Assembly (NCBI GenBank): GCA_015060705.1
Contig: SUXY01000001.1
Span: 6,525-70,524, forward strand
Length of the DNA stretch: 64,000 nt
DNA from: Bacteroides sp.
GTDB taxonomy: Bacteria > Bacteroidota > Bacteroidia > Bacteroidales > Bacteroidaceae
Reading direction: 5' to 3'
The notes under the pieces are model-generated. The model worked only from the letters and a program-made list of their open reading frames with translations. It was not told the DNA's origin and made no database searches. How positions within the stretch are numbered: the first letter of the stretch is position 1; each line of letters starts with the position of its first letter. The translations under genes and the position numbers were made by a program. Shown here piece after piece: positions 63,301 through 64,000 of this stretch.

Positions 63301-63322
63301 CTTTTTTGTGTATTTTATCGAA

Positions 63323-64000
63323 TCAATACCAGCATGCCGGTGTAGCACCCATTTCGTATTCCAATGTACCACCCTTAGCAATGTCTTCAAATTCAATCCA
63401 TGCCTTTTCATACGGCTGGCCATTGAGCTTGATGCTTTGGATGTACTTGTTTTCCTTGGAATTGTTATGAGCGATGATGGTAAACTTACCGTCACGTACA
63501 TTCAATACGGCCTTGTCCACGTTCGGCGAACCGAATACATAACGTCCATCGGCTGGGTTCAACTGATAGAAACCGAGGGATGACAAGACATACCAGGAAG
63601 ACATGGCACCTACATCTTCGTTACCCGAAAGACCATCCGGTTGGTCGCTATACATCATATCGTAAACCTGACGTACTCGATCGGCCGCTTTAGCCGGTTC
63701 ACCCGCCATGGTATAGAAGTAGATAATGTGGTGGCTCGGTTCATTACCATGAGCGTACTGACCAATCAAACCACTGATATCCGGAGAAGTATTTTCACCG
63801 TCCAACTTCGCTTCGGCCACAAACAATTCGTCCATCTTCTTTACCAACGCTTCCTTGCCACCGAAACATTCCACCAAACCTTCAAAATCGTGCGGAGTGA
63901 GGAAGGTATATTGCCATGCATTGCCTTCGCAATAGTCATCGTCACGGTGAGTCGATGCAAACGGATTGAACGGTTCGTGGAATTCACCCTTAGTACCACG
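63323..64000 (-). CDS. GH92 family alpha-mannosidase (C-terminal part; start lies beyond the window)
   Basis: YCEGNAWQYTF upstream in frame, GQYAHGNEPSHH, GNEDVGAMSSWYV, GGTLEYEMG. Confidence 0.92.
   Translation of the reverse strand, partial: RGTKGEFHEPFNPFASTHRDDDYCEGNAWQYTFLTPHDFEGLVECFGGKEALVKKMDELFVAEAKLDGENTSPDISGLIGQYAHGNEPSHHIIYFYTMAGEPAKAADRVRQVYDMMYSDQPDGLSGNEDVGAMSSWYVLSSLGFYQLNPADGRYVFGSPNVDKAVLNVRDGKFTIIAHNNSKENKYIQSIKLNGQPYEKAWIEFEDIAKGGTLEYEMGATPACWY

Overview
64-kb window of mostly core chromosome from a Bacteroidales (Bacteroidaceae-like) bacterium. This placement rests on recurrent TAnnTTTG -7 promoter elements, A-rich starts without Shine-Dalgarno sequences, and typical gene order. 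Housekeeping content: a dnaN-exonuclease-coaBC-recN-rlmB-TPR operon, rho, ridA, ABC-F/engB, recR, an F1Fo ATP synthase operon (atpD-C-?-B-E-F-H-A-G), aspS, tamB, nhaC, nqrA-F, serC-serA-DUF1015, fhs and several metabolic genes. No rRNA, tRNA, CRISPR array, integrase or transposase was seen. Three places stand out. (1) Near the right end is a yhhQ (QPTR)-queL queuine-salvage operon. It is preceded by what looks like a class I preQ1 riboswitch whose pseudoknot ends directly at the AUG, with no SD, suggesting SD-independent translational control. (2) A ~2.15-kb accessory segment (10530-12677) is bracketed by inverted heptamer repeats. It holds a fic gene with its catalytic core deleted, an unannotated 51-aa Cys-rich ORF with its own promoter, five overlapping LacI-type operators and a LacI regulator. 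(3) A 93-bp palindromic REP/MITE-like element lies at 48298-48390. All calls come from reading the sequence and recalling motifs; no searches were run.
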